Below are positions 35,273-43,605 of a stretch of DNA of 52,352 nt, in pieces. Both the position numbers and the translations under genes were made by a program. The DNA comes from a virus (Duplodnaviria; Caudoviricetes). Each line of letters starts with the position of its first letter. Position 1 is the stretch's first letter. A model generated the notes under the pieces. That model was not told where the DNA came from, did no database searches, and saw only the letters and a program-made list of their open reading frames with translations. The stretch spans positions 1-52,352 of the IMG/VR virus record IMGVR_UViG_3300037589_000013. One strand, written 5' to 3'.

Positions 35273-35501
35273 TGTTTGGGCGATTGTTGCCAGTGTTGGC
35301 GCGATGCTCGCGGCGTTCGCGGGTGTTGCTTGGAAGTCATATCGCGCCGGACGGGATCGCGAGCGAGTGGAGAACGCGGAAGATGATGCACAAATGCAAT
35401 TGGAATTCGACAAGATTGATCGCGATGCACCTGATCTTGATGGTAGTATTGACAGGTTGCGGAAGCGTGCAAAAAACGGCCGTTCATCCGGTTCTAAGTG
35501 A
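35259..35501 (+). CDS. Inner-membrane spanin (Rz-like)
   Basis: N-terminal TM helix followed by a charged helical region. Confidence 0.75.
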   Translation: MFGFDVWAIVASVGAMLAAFAGVAWKSYRAGRDRERVENAEDDAQMQLEFDKIDRDAPDLDGSIDRLRKRAKNGRSSGSK

Positions 35502-35622
35502 TCCGCCCATGTCGGTTGTCAATGCGCTCGAAACGGCGGCTAGGGCTGATCCTGGCGCGGCCACATGGGTTGACGATCTTGACCGTTACTATCAGAAACA
35601 AGACGTGGTGACGGCTCGCTAA
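35383..35622 (+). CDS. Outer-membrane spanin lipoprotein (Rz1-like); start may be 35425
   Basis: Overlaps the i-spanin in another frame; lipobox VLTG-C; Pro-rich. Confidence 0.75.
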   Translation: MMHKCNWNSTRLIAMHLILMVVLTGCGSVQKTAVHPVLSDPPMSVVNALETAARADPGAATWVDDLDRYYQKQDVVTAR

Positions 35623-35690
35623 TTCGTCGCATAAAGCGGCGGATACTTGCCGGTGTTGACCGGCTCTCGCAAACTTGGTCACTCAAGTTG

Positions 35691-35726
35691 AACCCCTCGC
35701 AGTCCGCCGATTGCGAGGGGTTTTTT
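35691..35726 (+). terminator. Terminator at the end of the late operon
   Basis: AACCCCTCGCAGTC/GATTGCGAGGGGTT followed by a T run; convergent gene junction. Confidence 0.85.
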
Positions 35727-35736
35727 GATATTGTTG

Positions 35737-35958
35737 TTAAACAATATATTGAATTGGCGCACCAAGCAAAAAACATGTACCTTCCAAATCCAATTTTTCC
35801 AGATATTCAAAACTTGCGTTTGGAAATTTCACCGGATCATGAAGAACTTTGCGAGCGTTTAACACGGCGTCACGAATAGCAGACCATCCGCCGCTAATAT
35901 GTTCCACATAATCAGCGGAAAAGTGTGAGGCGATAAAAGTGTTGTCAATTCGCGTCAT
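35737..35958 (-). CDS. Hypothetical protein (MTRIDNTF...)
   Basis: GGAG RBS; promoter TTGACA-N17-TATATC at 35991-36019. Confidence 0.7.
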   Translation of the reverse strand: MTRIDNTFIASHFSADYVEHISGGWSAIRDAVLNARKVLHDPVKFPNASFEYLEKLDLEGTCFLLGAPIQYIV

Positions 35959-35999
35959 TTCTCTAACTCCAGTTTGTGTTTCTGGAATTAGATATAATT

Positions 36000-36581
36000 T
36001 CACGCGTCGATAATGTCAACAATTATTTTTCGCATTCGTGCAACAGCGTCGTTGAATGTTCCGCTGTTTTCAATTGACCATTCGCATTGTTGACGCAATT
36101 TAAAAATATGGCGTTCACTTTCATGATAATTATCTGTTGATTTTGCAACATTCTCCACATCGGCGCGATACATCGCCACAAAAACCGCACCGGCTTCCCG
36201 CATTGCTTCCATTTCGGACGGGAACCGCACCGCATCAATTATGACATGACGACCAATTGCGCGATGTCTTGCGGCTTGTGCAAGTCCGATGCGCGTCCAT
36301 AATTCTTGCCCGACTAGATCGCGACCCCATTCCGTTCCAAGTGTGGTTGCAGCGTATCGGATCGAATGACCACAAAGCATTTCGAGCGGTTCATTCCATC
36401 GTGATTTATCGTTGAGCAATTCGGATGGAACGCCAATTGCACGCAACATTTGCACAATTGGAGTGCTGAAACTCATTTGCTTAACATCTGCCATATGCGG
36501 AACATCAATAGCGGCGCGCGTGATTGTTGTTTTACCGCTTCCAGCGTATCCGACAATACCGATTAGTTTTCCTTGTTTCAT
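36000..36581 (-). CDS. Deoxynucleoside monophosphate kinase
   Basis: GYAGSGKTT, SF..P...ML, LGTEWGR, IIDAVRFP.E, HESE. Confidence 0.9.
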   Translation of the reverse strand: MKQGKLIGIVGYAGSGKTTITRAAIDVPHMADVKQMSFSTPIVQMLRAIGVPSELLNDKSRWNEPLEMLCGHSIRYAATTLGTEWGRDLVGQELWTRIGLAQAARHRAIGRHVIIDAVRFPSEMEAMREAGAVFVAMYRADVENVAKSTDNYHESERHIFKLRQQCEWSIENSGTFNDAVARMRKIIVDIIDA

Positions 36582-36682
36582 CGCTGCAACCCCAATCGCT
36601 TATAAGCCTCGCAAACAATCATGGCTTGGCCGATTGCGTCGTCTAGCGCGTTATGTGTCGTGCCGTGGTTGAATTGCGTCAT
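36578..36682 (-). pseudogene. 34-aa remnant of a DEDDh 3'-5' exonuclease
   Basis: MTQFNHGTTHNALDDAIGQAMIVCEAYKRLGLQR carries only the ExoIII motif HNALDDA..QA. Confidence 0.65.
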
Positions 36683-36963
36683 GTTGTCGGTTCCTTTCGA
36701 TTTGGACAATAGTTAACAGGTGGGTTGGCACTTGCGCAATCACCACCGCAAATAAGGCATGTTCTATCTCTCACATACCGGTAAAATTCTCCGGTATCTT
36801 CAACACATTCAAAATCAGCTTCCGAGGCATTAATCCGCGCAAGTGCAGAATTGACAGCATACCCAATTGCATCGAATTTTTCATTGATTGTTTCACCGTT
36901 CGGGAATAGAACAACCCAACGTTGATTTGTTTCAAACCAGATACAAACGAATTCATCTATCAT
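36679..36963 (-). CDS. Hypothetical protein with a C-terminal Zn-binding motif
   Basis: GGGAG RBS; CLICGGDCASANPPVNYCP. Confidence 0.7.
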   Translation of the reverse strand: MIDEFVCIWFETNQRWVVLFPNGETINEKFDAIGYAVNSALARINASEADFECVEDTGEFYRYVRDRTCLICGGDCASANPPVNYCPNRKEPTT

Positions 36964-36978
36964 TGCCGCAACTCCCAA

Positions 36979-37569
36979 TTAAATGATCAATTTCTTTGCT
37001 TCTTGCACATACCAATTCATATCAAGATTGTCAAATTTAAAATCCGCCGCATCATTGCAAATTGCGACTTTATAACCCGCTTCAATTGCTGTTTCACGCG
37101 TTTGATGTCGTGATTTATTTTTGGTGTGTATCCTGGCGTCCCATGCTTCCGGTGTTCCATGCGCTTCTAATTCCGCATTGACTGCGAACCATAGAACATC
37201 ACCAACCCCGTTCGCTCGTTTGTATGCGCCAATTTTCGCGCCTTTTGCTGGTGGGCTGGTCTTGACCATTGAACCACCTTCTTTGGCGACGTAATAGCGT
37301 GTTGTTTTCTGAATTGGTTGACCGTCGAACAACAGCACATCCGAACGGTTGACCTTAATCCGCAACATGAAATCAAACATGTCGGTGTGTGCGGCTAGGA
37401 ACGTTTCGGGCGGCACGTTGTACACCATAGCAACCACGGCGGCGCGAATGCTCGCGATGTTTCCTAAATCTTTATGCCATGCGGGCGGCTGCGCTTCTGA
37501 AATCGAGCGCGCGTAATCGAGCGGATCAGGGTGCCAGTAAGCGCCTTTCATTTTATATTTAAGAGCCAT
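36979..37569 (-). CDS. Family B DNA polymerase, C-terminal (thumb) fragment
   Basis: Starts with the K.KG.Y motif; WHKD, FDFMLRIKV.R, TTRYYV, WYVQEAKKL; GAGG RBS. Confidence 0.88.
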   Translation of the reverse strand: MALKYKMKGAYWHPDPLDYARSISEAQPPAWHKDLGNIASIRAAVVAMVYNVPPETFLAAHTDMFDFMLRIKVNRSDVLLFDGQPIQKTTRYYVAKEGGSMVKTSPPAKGAKIGAYKRANGVGDVLWFAVNAELEAHGTPEAWDARIHTKNKSRHQTRETAIEAGYKVAICNDAADFKFDNLDMNWYVQEAKKLII

Positions 37570-38179
37570 CTAGTTTCCTCACTCTTGCGCGGCACATTTC
37601 ATCGAATAATTCTATTGGGTATTCGTTTTTAGCTTTATTTACGATAACACAAACAATTTGAATATTATCATAAGTATAACCTTTTCCACTATCCTTTCGA
37701 TCAATAGACGGTGCAAATGGTCGGTATCGAAAACCATTGGATTTTAAATCAAAAGGAATATTGGTTAATGCACAACAATCATTTTGTAAAGTTGATAAAG
37801 TTTGCAAAATTGTATCATCTAGTTCATACTCCAGGTTTTTCTTTTTCGCTCTTGCTTTTGAAATAATATGCAACATACGAAAAGTACCGGAATAAGTTTC
37901 TCTCCAATTCTTTGCGTTTATACTTAAACGTTCTGAATTTTGATCATAATAATTTCGTTCCCATTTATTATATTTTTCTCTGTTTTCATTTCTGTATTTT
38001 TTATTGTAAGCAGTTCTCTTGTCATTATGCTTCTTTCGTAACGGTTTATTGTATTCTGCAACACAACTCTTACAATAAATATATTTTCCGTCTTTGCGAG
38101 ATTTATCTCTACCAAACTCATCAATTGATTTTTCCAATTGACATTTTGAACAATATTTATTCTTCATATTCTGCAACAT
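37559..38179 (-). mobile_element. HNH-like homing endonuclease gene interrupting the polymerase
   Basis: CSKC...F...CKSC Zn finger; PSIDRKDSGKGYTYDNIQIVC..VN.AK; AT-rich. Confidence 0.88.
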
Positions 38180-39614
38180 ATGAATTTACATCCCTTATCC
38201 ACATTCGAGTATAGTGAACGCTTTCTAAAGTAAGTTTTGTCAAAGCTTCCCAATTGCGCTCTGTGGTCTTAGCGTCATCAAGGTGATCCCGATGGATAAC
38301 ATAGGTAATGCCGTCCGTGTTAGCAGCTATAACACGGACGGTTGGAACCGTCAACAACCATTCAACCAACATCGCGAGCATTAATTGCCCGTTGATAGTA
38401 ATTTGCATTGTAAATTGCGGATCATAAAACGGACTGTAAATATTATTTGTGTTTCCATACGTGCCGTTTGCGGCAAGCTTCAAACTATTTGCTTCAACGC
38501 ATTTTTTACCTTTACGTTTTTGCCAATCTTTCCGTTCTTTGGGTAGATTGGAATATTCCATAACGAATTTATCGCCAAGGTGCGCGGGTGCAAGATTGTT
38601 GACGATGGCGATTGATGGATACAGGCTTGCAACGTCAATATCTCGGATTAACCATTCATCAGTTGCAATAATTCGTTGGCGTTCAACGCTTCCATGAATT
38701 CCACCTGTTCCAAATTTAAAATCAATTCCGTCAACATGTGCTTTCAGACCTGCAAACACGCCTTTGGTAACAATCCGGTCATCATGTTCAAATTCGGACG
38801 GTGTGAGGGTTTGAGCGCGCATATACTGCAAGACGCGGTTGAATTCCGGGTTGTTGAATTGGATGAACGGGAAAATTATATCAGCGAGTGCAACGCGGTC
38901 GCGGATCGTTTGCCGCATAACACGGCGTCCGCTACTGCGATCATAGCACATTTCATCACCTAATCGATGTTCCAGGATTTTAGAGCCGATTTTACTATCA
39001 TTCCAATTAAGCACATCCGGGCCGAATTGCTCGACTTGCGCCAAGCGGAAATCAATGGCTGACATTGAATGGTGTGCAAATGTTTTCGTGCTGGCAACAT
39101 CCCAATCACCATACGGGATTAATTGCCGGTCAATTTGATCTTTGGACAATGGATCGTCAAAGCCTAGCGGGCTTTCAATCACATAAGGCAACCGCATGTT
39201 GATTTGCAGTGCTTTAAGACTGGTTGTTTTTGCTTTATTGTCGAAGTGGTGAATTTTGAACAAATCAATTTGCGGCGTAAATCGATCACTTGCCCAAACC
39301 GTATTAGTGAAACGATCTTGTGATGTAATGATTGATTTAGATTTTGCGTATAATTCAGCGTTTGTAATATTGGGATTTTGCCATATTGCGTGCAACATCG
39401 GATAATCATAATTGATGATATTAAATCCGATCATCGGTGTTTGTGTTGACGCTAACCAATTCAACCATTCGAGCAAAGCGCGCCGGTCGTCGCGATATTC
39501 GGATATCTCCCAAACGGCGCGCACATCGCTATGCAACATTTCCATTGCGAGCGTCCAGACATTCGGCAAACATTCGGTATCGTAAACCGGCGCGTTGTCG
39601 AGTGTGATGGTCAT
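38157..39614 (-). CDS. Family B DNA polymerase, N-terminal part (exonuclease, palm, fingers)
   Basis: YDTE, GFN..NYD, Y...DV (exonuclease); DVASLYPS, KLAANGTYG, NTDG, RDVNSY. Confidence 0.93.
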   Translation of the reverse strand: MTITLDNAPVYDTECLPNVWTLAMEMLHSDVRAVWEISEYRDDRRALLEWLNWLASTQTPMIGFNIINYDYPMLHAIWQNPNITNAELYAKSKSIITSQDRFTNTVWASDRFTPQIDLFKIHHFDNKAKTTSLKALQINMRLPYVIESPLGFDDPLSKDQIDRQLIPYGDWDVASTKTFAHHSMSAIDFRLAQVEQFGPDVLNWNDSKIGSKILEHRLGDEMCYDRSSGRRVMRQTIRDRVALADIIFPFIQFNNPEFNRVLQYMRAQTLTPSEFEHDDRIVTKGVFAGLKAHVDGIDFKFGTGGIHGSVERQRIIATDEWLIRDIDVASLYPSIAIVNNLAPAHLGDKFVMEYSNLPKERKDWQKRKGKKCVEANSLKLAANGTYGNTNNIYSPFYDPQFTMQITINGQLMLAMLVEWLLTVPTVRVIAANTDGITYVIHRDHLDDAKTTERNWEALTKLTLESVHYTRMWIRDVNSYVAEYEE

Positions 39615-39664
39615 TCATTCTCCAATCACCATGGGATGCAGTCATCAACTAATACGCCCGGCTG

Positions 39665-39703
39665 AAAACGATTGCGGCACGGCTCATTGTCAGCCGCGCC
39701 GCA
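39665..39703 (-). terminator. Stem-loop after the SSB gene
   Basis: 12-bp stem TGCGGCGCGGCT/AGCCGTGCCGCA followed by ATCGTTTT. Confidence 0.6.
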
Positions 39704-39725
39704 TCTTTGACAAATCCGGGCGCTG

Positions 39726-40706
39726 TTATCGCGGGCCGGGCATTCCGGGCGGCATTCCACCAGGTGCAGGATAACCGGGCTGTTGCGGCTGTCCTGGCGC
39801 GGGTTGCTGATACTGCGGAGTGCCACCGGGTGCAGGATAACCGGGCTGTTGCGGTGCGGGCGCTCCAGGCTGCACAAACTGTTGATGTGGCGGCGGCATC
39901 TGTCCTGGCGCGGGTTGCGGTGCTGGCGCTCCACCAGGTGCAGGATAACCGGGCTGTTGCGGCTGTCCTGGCGCGGGCTGCGGTGCCGGTTGCTGATACT
40001 GCGGAGCGCCACCGGGTGCGCCCATAGGCGGCTGTTGCGGTGCGGTGCCGGGCATCTGGACACCTGCGCCATCTGCACCGCTCACAGGGGTTGCAGATGC
40101 ACCGGGCGGCAACGCTCGCTGTTGACCACCAAACGCGGCCATTGGGTTGACGCCAGCCGATACAATGGCCGTTCCATAACCGACAAATTCAAGCGCTTGC
40201 GGGTTGACGTAAAGCGATGGCGTATGCGTCCGTTGTGTCGGAACATTCACCACCAAATTCAACGCAACATTCACCCAATCACCGGTTTTCAAATCGGCTT
40301 CCGTCAACTGGTCATAATTGACACCATTGAAGCGATAGAGCGCGGGCGGAAATCCGGTATTGCTCGCAACCGTGATCACATAATGACCGGGATACCCTTC
40401 ACGTTCCGCAAAAGCCTTTCCACCCTGGCGCGGCGTGGCGTCGTCACCATCATCGATCTTCCAAGCGAAATTCTGCGGAACACCGGACGGGAAACCTTTT
40501 GCTGCTTCTGTCTGCATCGCGGGCCATACGGTTGCAAGGAATTCAGCTTTCGGAACCGCCAAACCGAACACATGTTGAATGACCGGTTTACCGTCTTTCA
40601 AAATGATCTGATTTGTTGCCGGGTCTTTCTTTTGCGTTTCCTTGAGTGGATGACCCCAAACAATGCGACCAAGCGCATTAACTTGTGTGCCTTCTGTTGC
40701 TACCAT
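39726..40706 (-). CDS. Single-stranded DNA-binding protein (T7 gp2.5/DUF2815-like) with a Pro/Gln-rich tail
   Basis: GRIVWG, FAWKI.DGD, REGYPGH.V, KTGD.V.V, LYVNP....FVGYG..I; between the nuclease and polymerase genes. Confidence 0.8.
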   Translation of the reverse strand: MVATEGTQVNALGRIVWGHPLKETQKKDPATNQIILKDGKPVIQHVFGLAVPKAEFLATVWPAMQTEAAKGFPSGVPQNFAWKIDDGDDATPRQGGKAFAEREGYPGHYVITVASNTGFPPALYRFNGVNYDQLTEADLKTGDWVNVALNLVVNVPTQRTHTPSLYVNPQALEFVGYGTAIVSAGVNPMAAFGGQQRALPPGASATPVSGADGAGVQMPGTAPQQPPMGAPGGAPQYQQPAPQPAPGQPQQPGYPAPGGAPAPQPAPGQMPPPHQQFVQPGAPAPQQPGYPAPGGTPQYQQPAPGQPQQPGYPAPGGMPPGMPGPR

Positions 40707-40736
40707 TTCTTTATTCCTTCACTGTTGTTGATTGGT

Positions 40737-40811
40737 TGGTGGAGTAACTAGGATTTGAACCTAGAACTTTCCCGGTAATTCGGTTGCGTCTACCAATTCC
40801 GCCATTACTCC
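40737..40811 (-). tRNA. tRNA-like gene with an aberrant anticodon arm
   Basis: Perfect 7-bp acceptor stem GGAGTAA/TTACTCC plus ACCA, Leu-type D arm, perfect T arm CTAGG-TTCAAAT-CCTAG; anticodon arm only CCG-AATTAC-CGG. Confidence 0.75.
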
Positions 40812-40817
40812 TATTTT

Positions 40818-40902
40818 TGGTGCGCACGGTCGGACTTGAACCGACAAACCTAATGGTGACAGATTTTAAGTCTGTTGCGTTTACCTATTTCGCCACGTGC
40901 GC
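40818..40902 (-). tRNA. tRNA-Leu (anticodon TAA)
   Basis: GCGCACG/CGTGCGC-ACCA; ACAGA-CT-TAA-AA-TCTGT; long variable arm; GTCGG-TTCAAGT-CCGAC. Confidence 0.95.
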
Positions 40903-41082
40903 GGTTTTTTTAAGACGTTCAATCAATCGGTTTGCGTCTTCCTTTGATGCTGTTTGAGCAATTGGACGTTTAACAATTTCAAACACTGTCCAACGACCTT
41001 CATCACCAACAAACAAGCTAGTGTCATATGAGATTTCAACCATTTCCATTAGACGTTTGTTGGTTCTTGGTTCATCTCTCAT
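40885..41082 (-). CDS. Hypothetical protein
   Basis: GGAG RBS; ATGA coupled; its 3' end overlaps the 5' end of tRNA-Leu. Confidence 0.6.
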   Translation of the reverse strand: MRDEPRTNKRLMEMVEISYDTSLFVGDEGRWTVFEIVKRPIAQTASKEDANRLIERLKKTAHVAK

Positions 41083-42170
41083 GTGCGTTTATCTCCGAAG
41101 AATTTCGCGGCTCGCTTGTCAGTGTCAACCCGTACAAGCTTTGAACCTTTCGGGCGGCGTTCCGCGAACATTGCAACAATATCCTTGGAAACGCCAGCCT
41201 TTTCAGCTTGTGACGGCGTGATAAGTTGCGGTTTGGACAGATTAACACCGGTCAATGTTTGCATCAAATCGACCGTGACACCATCTTTCCACATGCGGTT
41301 AGTCAAATCGTTTTCGATTGCATAACCGTTCAACGCTTGGCCCTGTTGCAATCGATACATAATTTGTTCTTCATAGGCTTTTTTTGCCTGTTTTATCATT
41401 TCTTCCGCGCGGTGAATAAGCGCCATGCGGTCGGTTAATTCCGCGTTTTCGATTTCCGCGCGATACGCCATATGGGCAGTGTCAAGCGCGTTCAACTCCG
41501 CATCCTGGCGAGCCGGGCAACCGACAAACGCCGGACACTTGTAGCAATTCGGACCGGTTTGCAGCGTGTCGGATGGATACGACAGTGGACCGGATAAATC
41601 AGCGGCCAAAATGCACAATTCATCATAGCTAATCGACCATTCTCTAACGCGTCCGTCACGGTGCGGCGCGCGAGGTTGATGGATTGTGAATGTGATCCGT
41701 TGCGGCGCAACATTGTTTGTTTGACAATAACCGATTGCGTGTGCGATCAACGTCCAATTTTTCTTAGGTTCAACGATTGTGTAACCATATTTCAAATCGT
41801 CAACGTTAAGTGTTTGATCATTATGAGAAATATAATCCGCACGCCCGTTGACTTGCCAATTTTGACCAACCAGCGAATATGACCATTCCATGTTTCCAGG
41901 ATGATAAGGGTTGCGGTCAATAGTGAATATATAATCGCTCACATGTTCCGCCATTTCAGACGTTATGAAAATCCCGTTGGGTGCTTTCCGGTCAACCATT
42001 TCATCAATTGTGTGTTGACCGGAAAACGCAACCGACGCCAGCCAATGCGCGGCGTTGCCTTCCTCGCGGATGGTGTTATCACGCTCGATAAATACAGGGT
42101 CCGCTTGCAAGAGCCGATGACCGTTGCACTGTATATATCGTGGCAAATTGCTGGCGTCGATTGTTAGCAT
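41079..42170 (-). CDS. PD-(D/E)XK exonuclease (DUF2800/Cas4-like)
   Basis: EG.AAH, G.AD.........V.DLKYG, IHQPR, G..C..CP....CP. Confidence 0.85.
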   Translation of the reverse strand: MLTIDASNLPRYIQCNGHRLLQADPVFIERDNTIREEGNAAHWLASVAFSGQHTIDEMVDRKAPNGIFITSEMAEHVSDYIFTIDRNPYHPGNMEWSYSLVGQNWQVNGRADYISHNDQTLNVDDLKYGYTIVEPKKNWTLIAHAIGYCQTNNVAPQRITFTIHQPRAPHRDGRVREWSISYDELCILAADLSGPLSYPSDTLQTGPNCYKCPAFVGCPARQDAELNALDTAHMAYRAEIENAELTDRMALIHRAEEMIKQAKKAYEEQIMYRLQQGQALNGYAIENDLTNRMWKDGVTVDLMQTLTGVNLSKPQLITPSQAEKAGVSKDIVAMFAERRPKGSKLVRVDTDKRAAKFFGDKRT

Positions 42171-42176
42171 GATTGA

Positions 42177-42935
42177 TTACTGCCAACGCTGATCATGCTG
42201 CATGATTTGCACCGCATAATCAATATAACGCTGATCAGCGGCCAAATCGGTGATGCTGTTGCACTGGACGTTGAAGCCCGTACCAACACGTTGTGCAACG
42301 GTCGCGAGATATGGGCCGTCAATGAACGGCGAACCATCCGGCATTTTCTGTTGCAACAACACCTGAATTTTCTGCATGAAACCGTTGAAATCAAGCGGGC
42401 CGGTCGGCTGCGGTGGAGTTGGTGCGGGCGGTTGCGGCATGGGCTGCGGTGGAGTTGGTGCGGGCGGTTGCGGCATGGGCTGCGGTGCGGGTGGCGGAAG
42501 ACCAGGACCGGGCGCTGCGGGCGGCTGCGGTGCGGGCGCATTGCCAACCGGTTCATTCGGTGCCGGTGTACCGACAACGGGCGGCGAGCCGGGAACACCA
42601 GCCGACCGGCTGCGCAATTCCGCTTCAACCTTTGTGACTTCCGCATCTGTCACACCGCGCCGCTTGCGCCAAACACCTTTGGTTGTCAGTTTGGCCGGGT
42701 CGGAATGAATGCGCGTATCGTGCGGCAATCCGTCTTTATCAAGCGTGCCGGGCGCGGCTTCATTGTCGCCGGTTTCATCATCGTCATCATCGCTGGTGTT
42801 GCCGGTCGGCGGCATGGGTGGCGGTGTGCCAGTGACAGATTGTGTCACGTTGACAGCGGTCGAACCGCCAAGCGAGGCGAGCAATTTGGACAATTCCGAT
42901 GCGCTCGCGTCCGTAATTGTAAGGGTGTATTTCAT
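42177..42935 (-). CDS. Replication-module protein with a Pro-rich linker
   Basis: LDKDGLPHD.RIHS....T.KG.WR.RRGV; GGAG RBS. Confidence 0.75.
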   Translation of the reverse strand: MKYTLTITDASASELSKLLASLGGSTAVNVTQSVTGTPPPMPPTGNTSDDDDDETGDNEAAPGTLDKDGLPHDTRIHSDPAKLTTKGVWRKRRGVTDAEVTKVEAELRSRSAGVPGSPPVVGTPAPNEPVGNAPAPQPPAAPGPGLPPPAPQPMPQPPAPTPPQPMPQPPAPTPPQPTGPLDFNGFMQKIQVLLQQKMPDGSPFIDGPYLATVAQRVGTGFNVQCNSITDLAADQRYIDYAVQIMQHDQRWQ

Positions 42936-42971
42936 TCCAATGTTCTCCGGTTGTGGTTGGGTCTGTGACTA

Positions 42972-43000
42972 GCTCTATTTTAGCGGTTGACATTTGTCAA
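42972..43000 (-). promoter_or_regulatory. Promoter of the leftward replication operon, with a palindromic -35 region
   Basis: TTGACA-N17-TAGAGC; TTGACA-TT-TGTCAA at 42987-43000. Confidence 0.65.
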
Positions 43001-43043
43001 TGACTTTTTTATTTATCCTACTGGACAAAATGAAAGTATCAAA

Positions 43044-43604
43044 ATGACCAAAATTTGCACAAAATGTCAAATTTTAAAGGATGAAACGGAATTTAATAAA
43101 CGAACTATCAAGGGGCGTCAATACTATTATAGTTGGTGCAAAGCGTGTGCTAAAATAATGAATGTTGAATTGGCAAGAAAAAGAAAAGAAAAAAGAACAT
43201 TGGCAGAGCAAGAGAAAATTTCTCAAACATCAAGAGAATATTTTAAAATATATTATAGTACGGTCAGAGGTAGGGCAATCCATTTATTGAACAAAGCTAG
43301 AAATCGAGCACGCGGAAAATATGAATGTTCTGTTTCCGTAGATTTTATAATGAAAAAACTAGAAAATAACAAATGTGAACAAACCGGAATTGATTTAGAA
43401 TGGGAGAACACAAACGCGAAACTATCGAGAAATCCCCGATCCCCGTCTATTGACAGAATAGACGCAAACAAGGGATATACTGATGATAATGTACAAATTG
43501 TTTGTACATGGTATAATCTGGCAAAATCTCAATTAACCGATGCAGACATGTTAAAATTCTGTCAAAATGTTGTGGAATTCAACATGAAAAAGAGAGGTGA
43601 ATGA
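43044..43604 (+). mobile_element. Free-standing HNH-like homing endonuclease
   Basis: ICTKC...CKAC; PSIDRIDANKGYTDDNVQIVCTWYNLAK; AT-rich. Confidence 0.88.
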
Positions 43605-43605
43605 A

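Noticed and set aside
37559-38179. Group I intron or ribosomal bypass in the polymerase
   Set aside because: The endonuclease ORF fills the whole gap and I could not recognise a ribozyme core. An in-frame TAG directly precedes the downstream ATG, which has its own SD. Only RT-PCR can exclude splicing fully.
39626-39725. Cys-rich peptide ICQRCGAADNEPC after the SSB gene
   Set aside because: It has no start or RBS and coincides with a strong stem-loop that explains the sequence.
40770-40785. Ochre suppressor (TTA) or Val (TAC) anticodon in the tRNA-like gene
   Set aside because: Neither register gives a 5-bp stem with a 7-nt loop, and genes end normally at TAA, TAG and TGA, so there is no sign of recoding.
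41079-42170. CRISPR-associated Cas4
   Set aside because: No array or other cas genes are present. It fits the standard phage replication nuclease found next to SSB and polymerase.
39783-42968. Long + strand ORFs 39783-40751 and 42195-42968
   Set aside because: They are antisense shadows of GC-rich, Pro-rich genes and lack an RBS or recognisable motifs.
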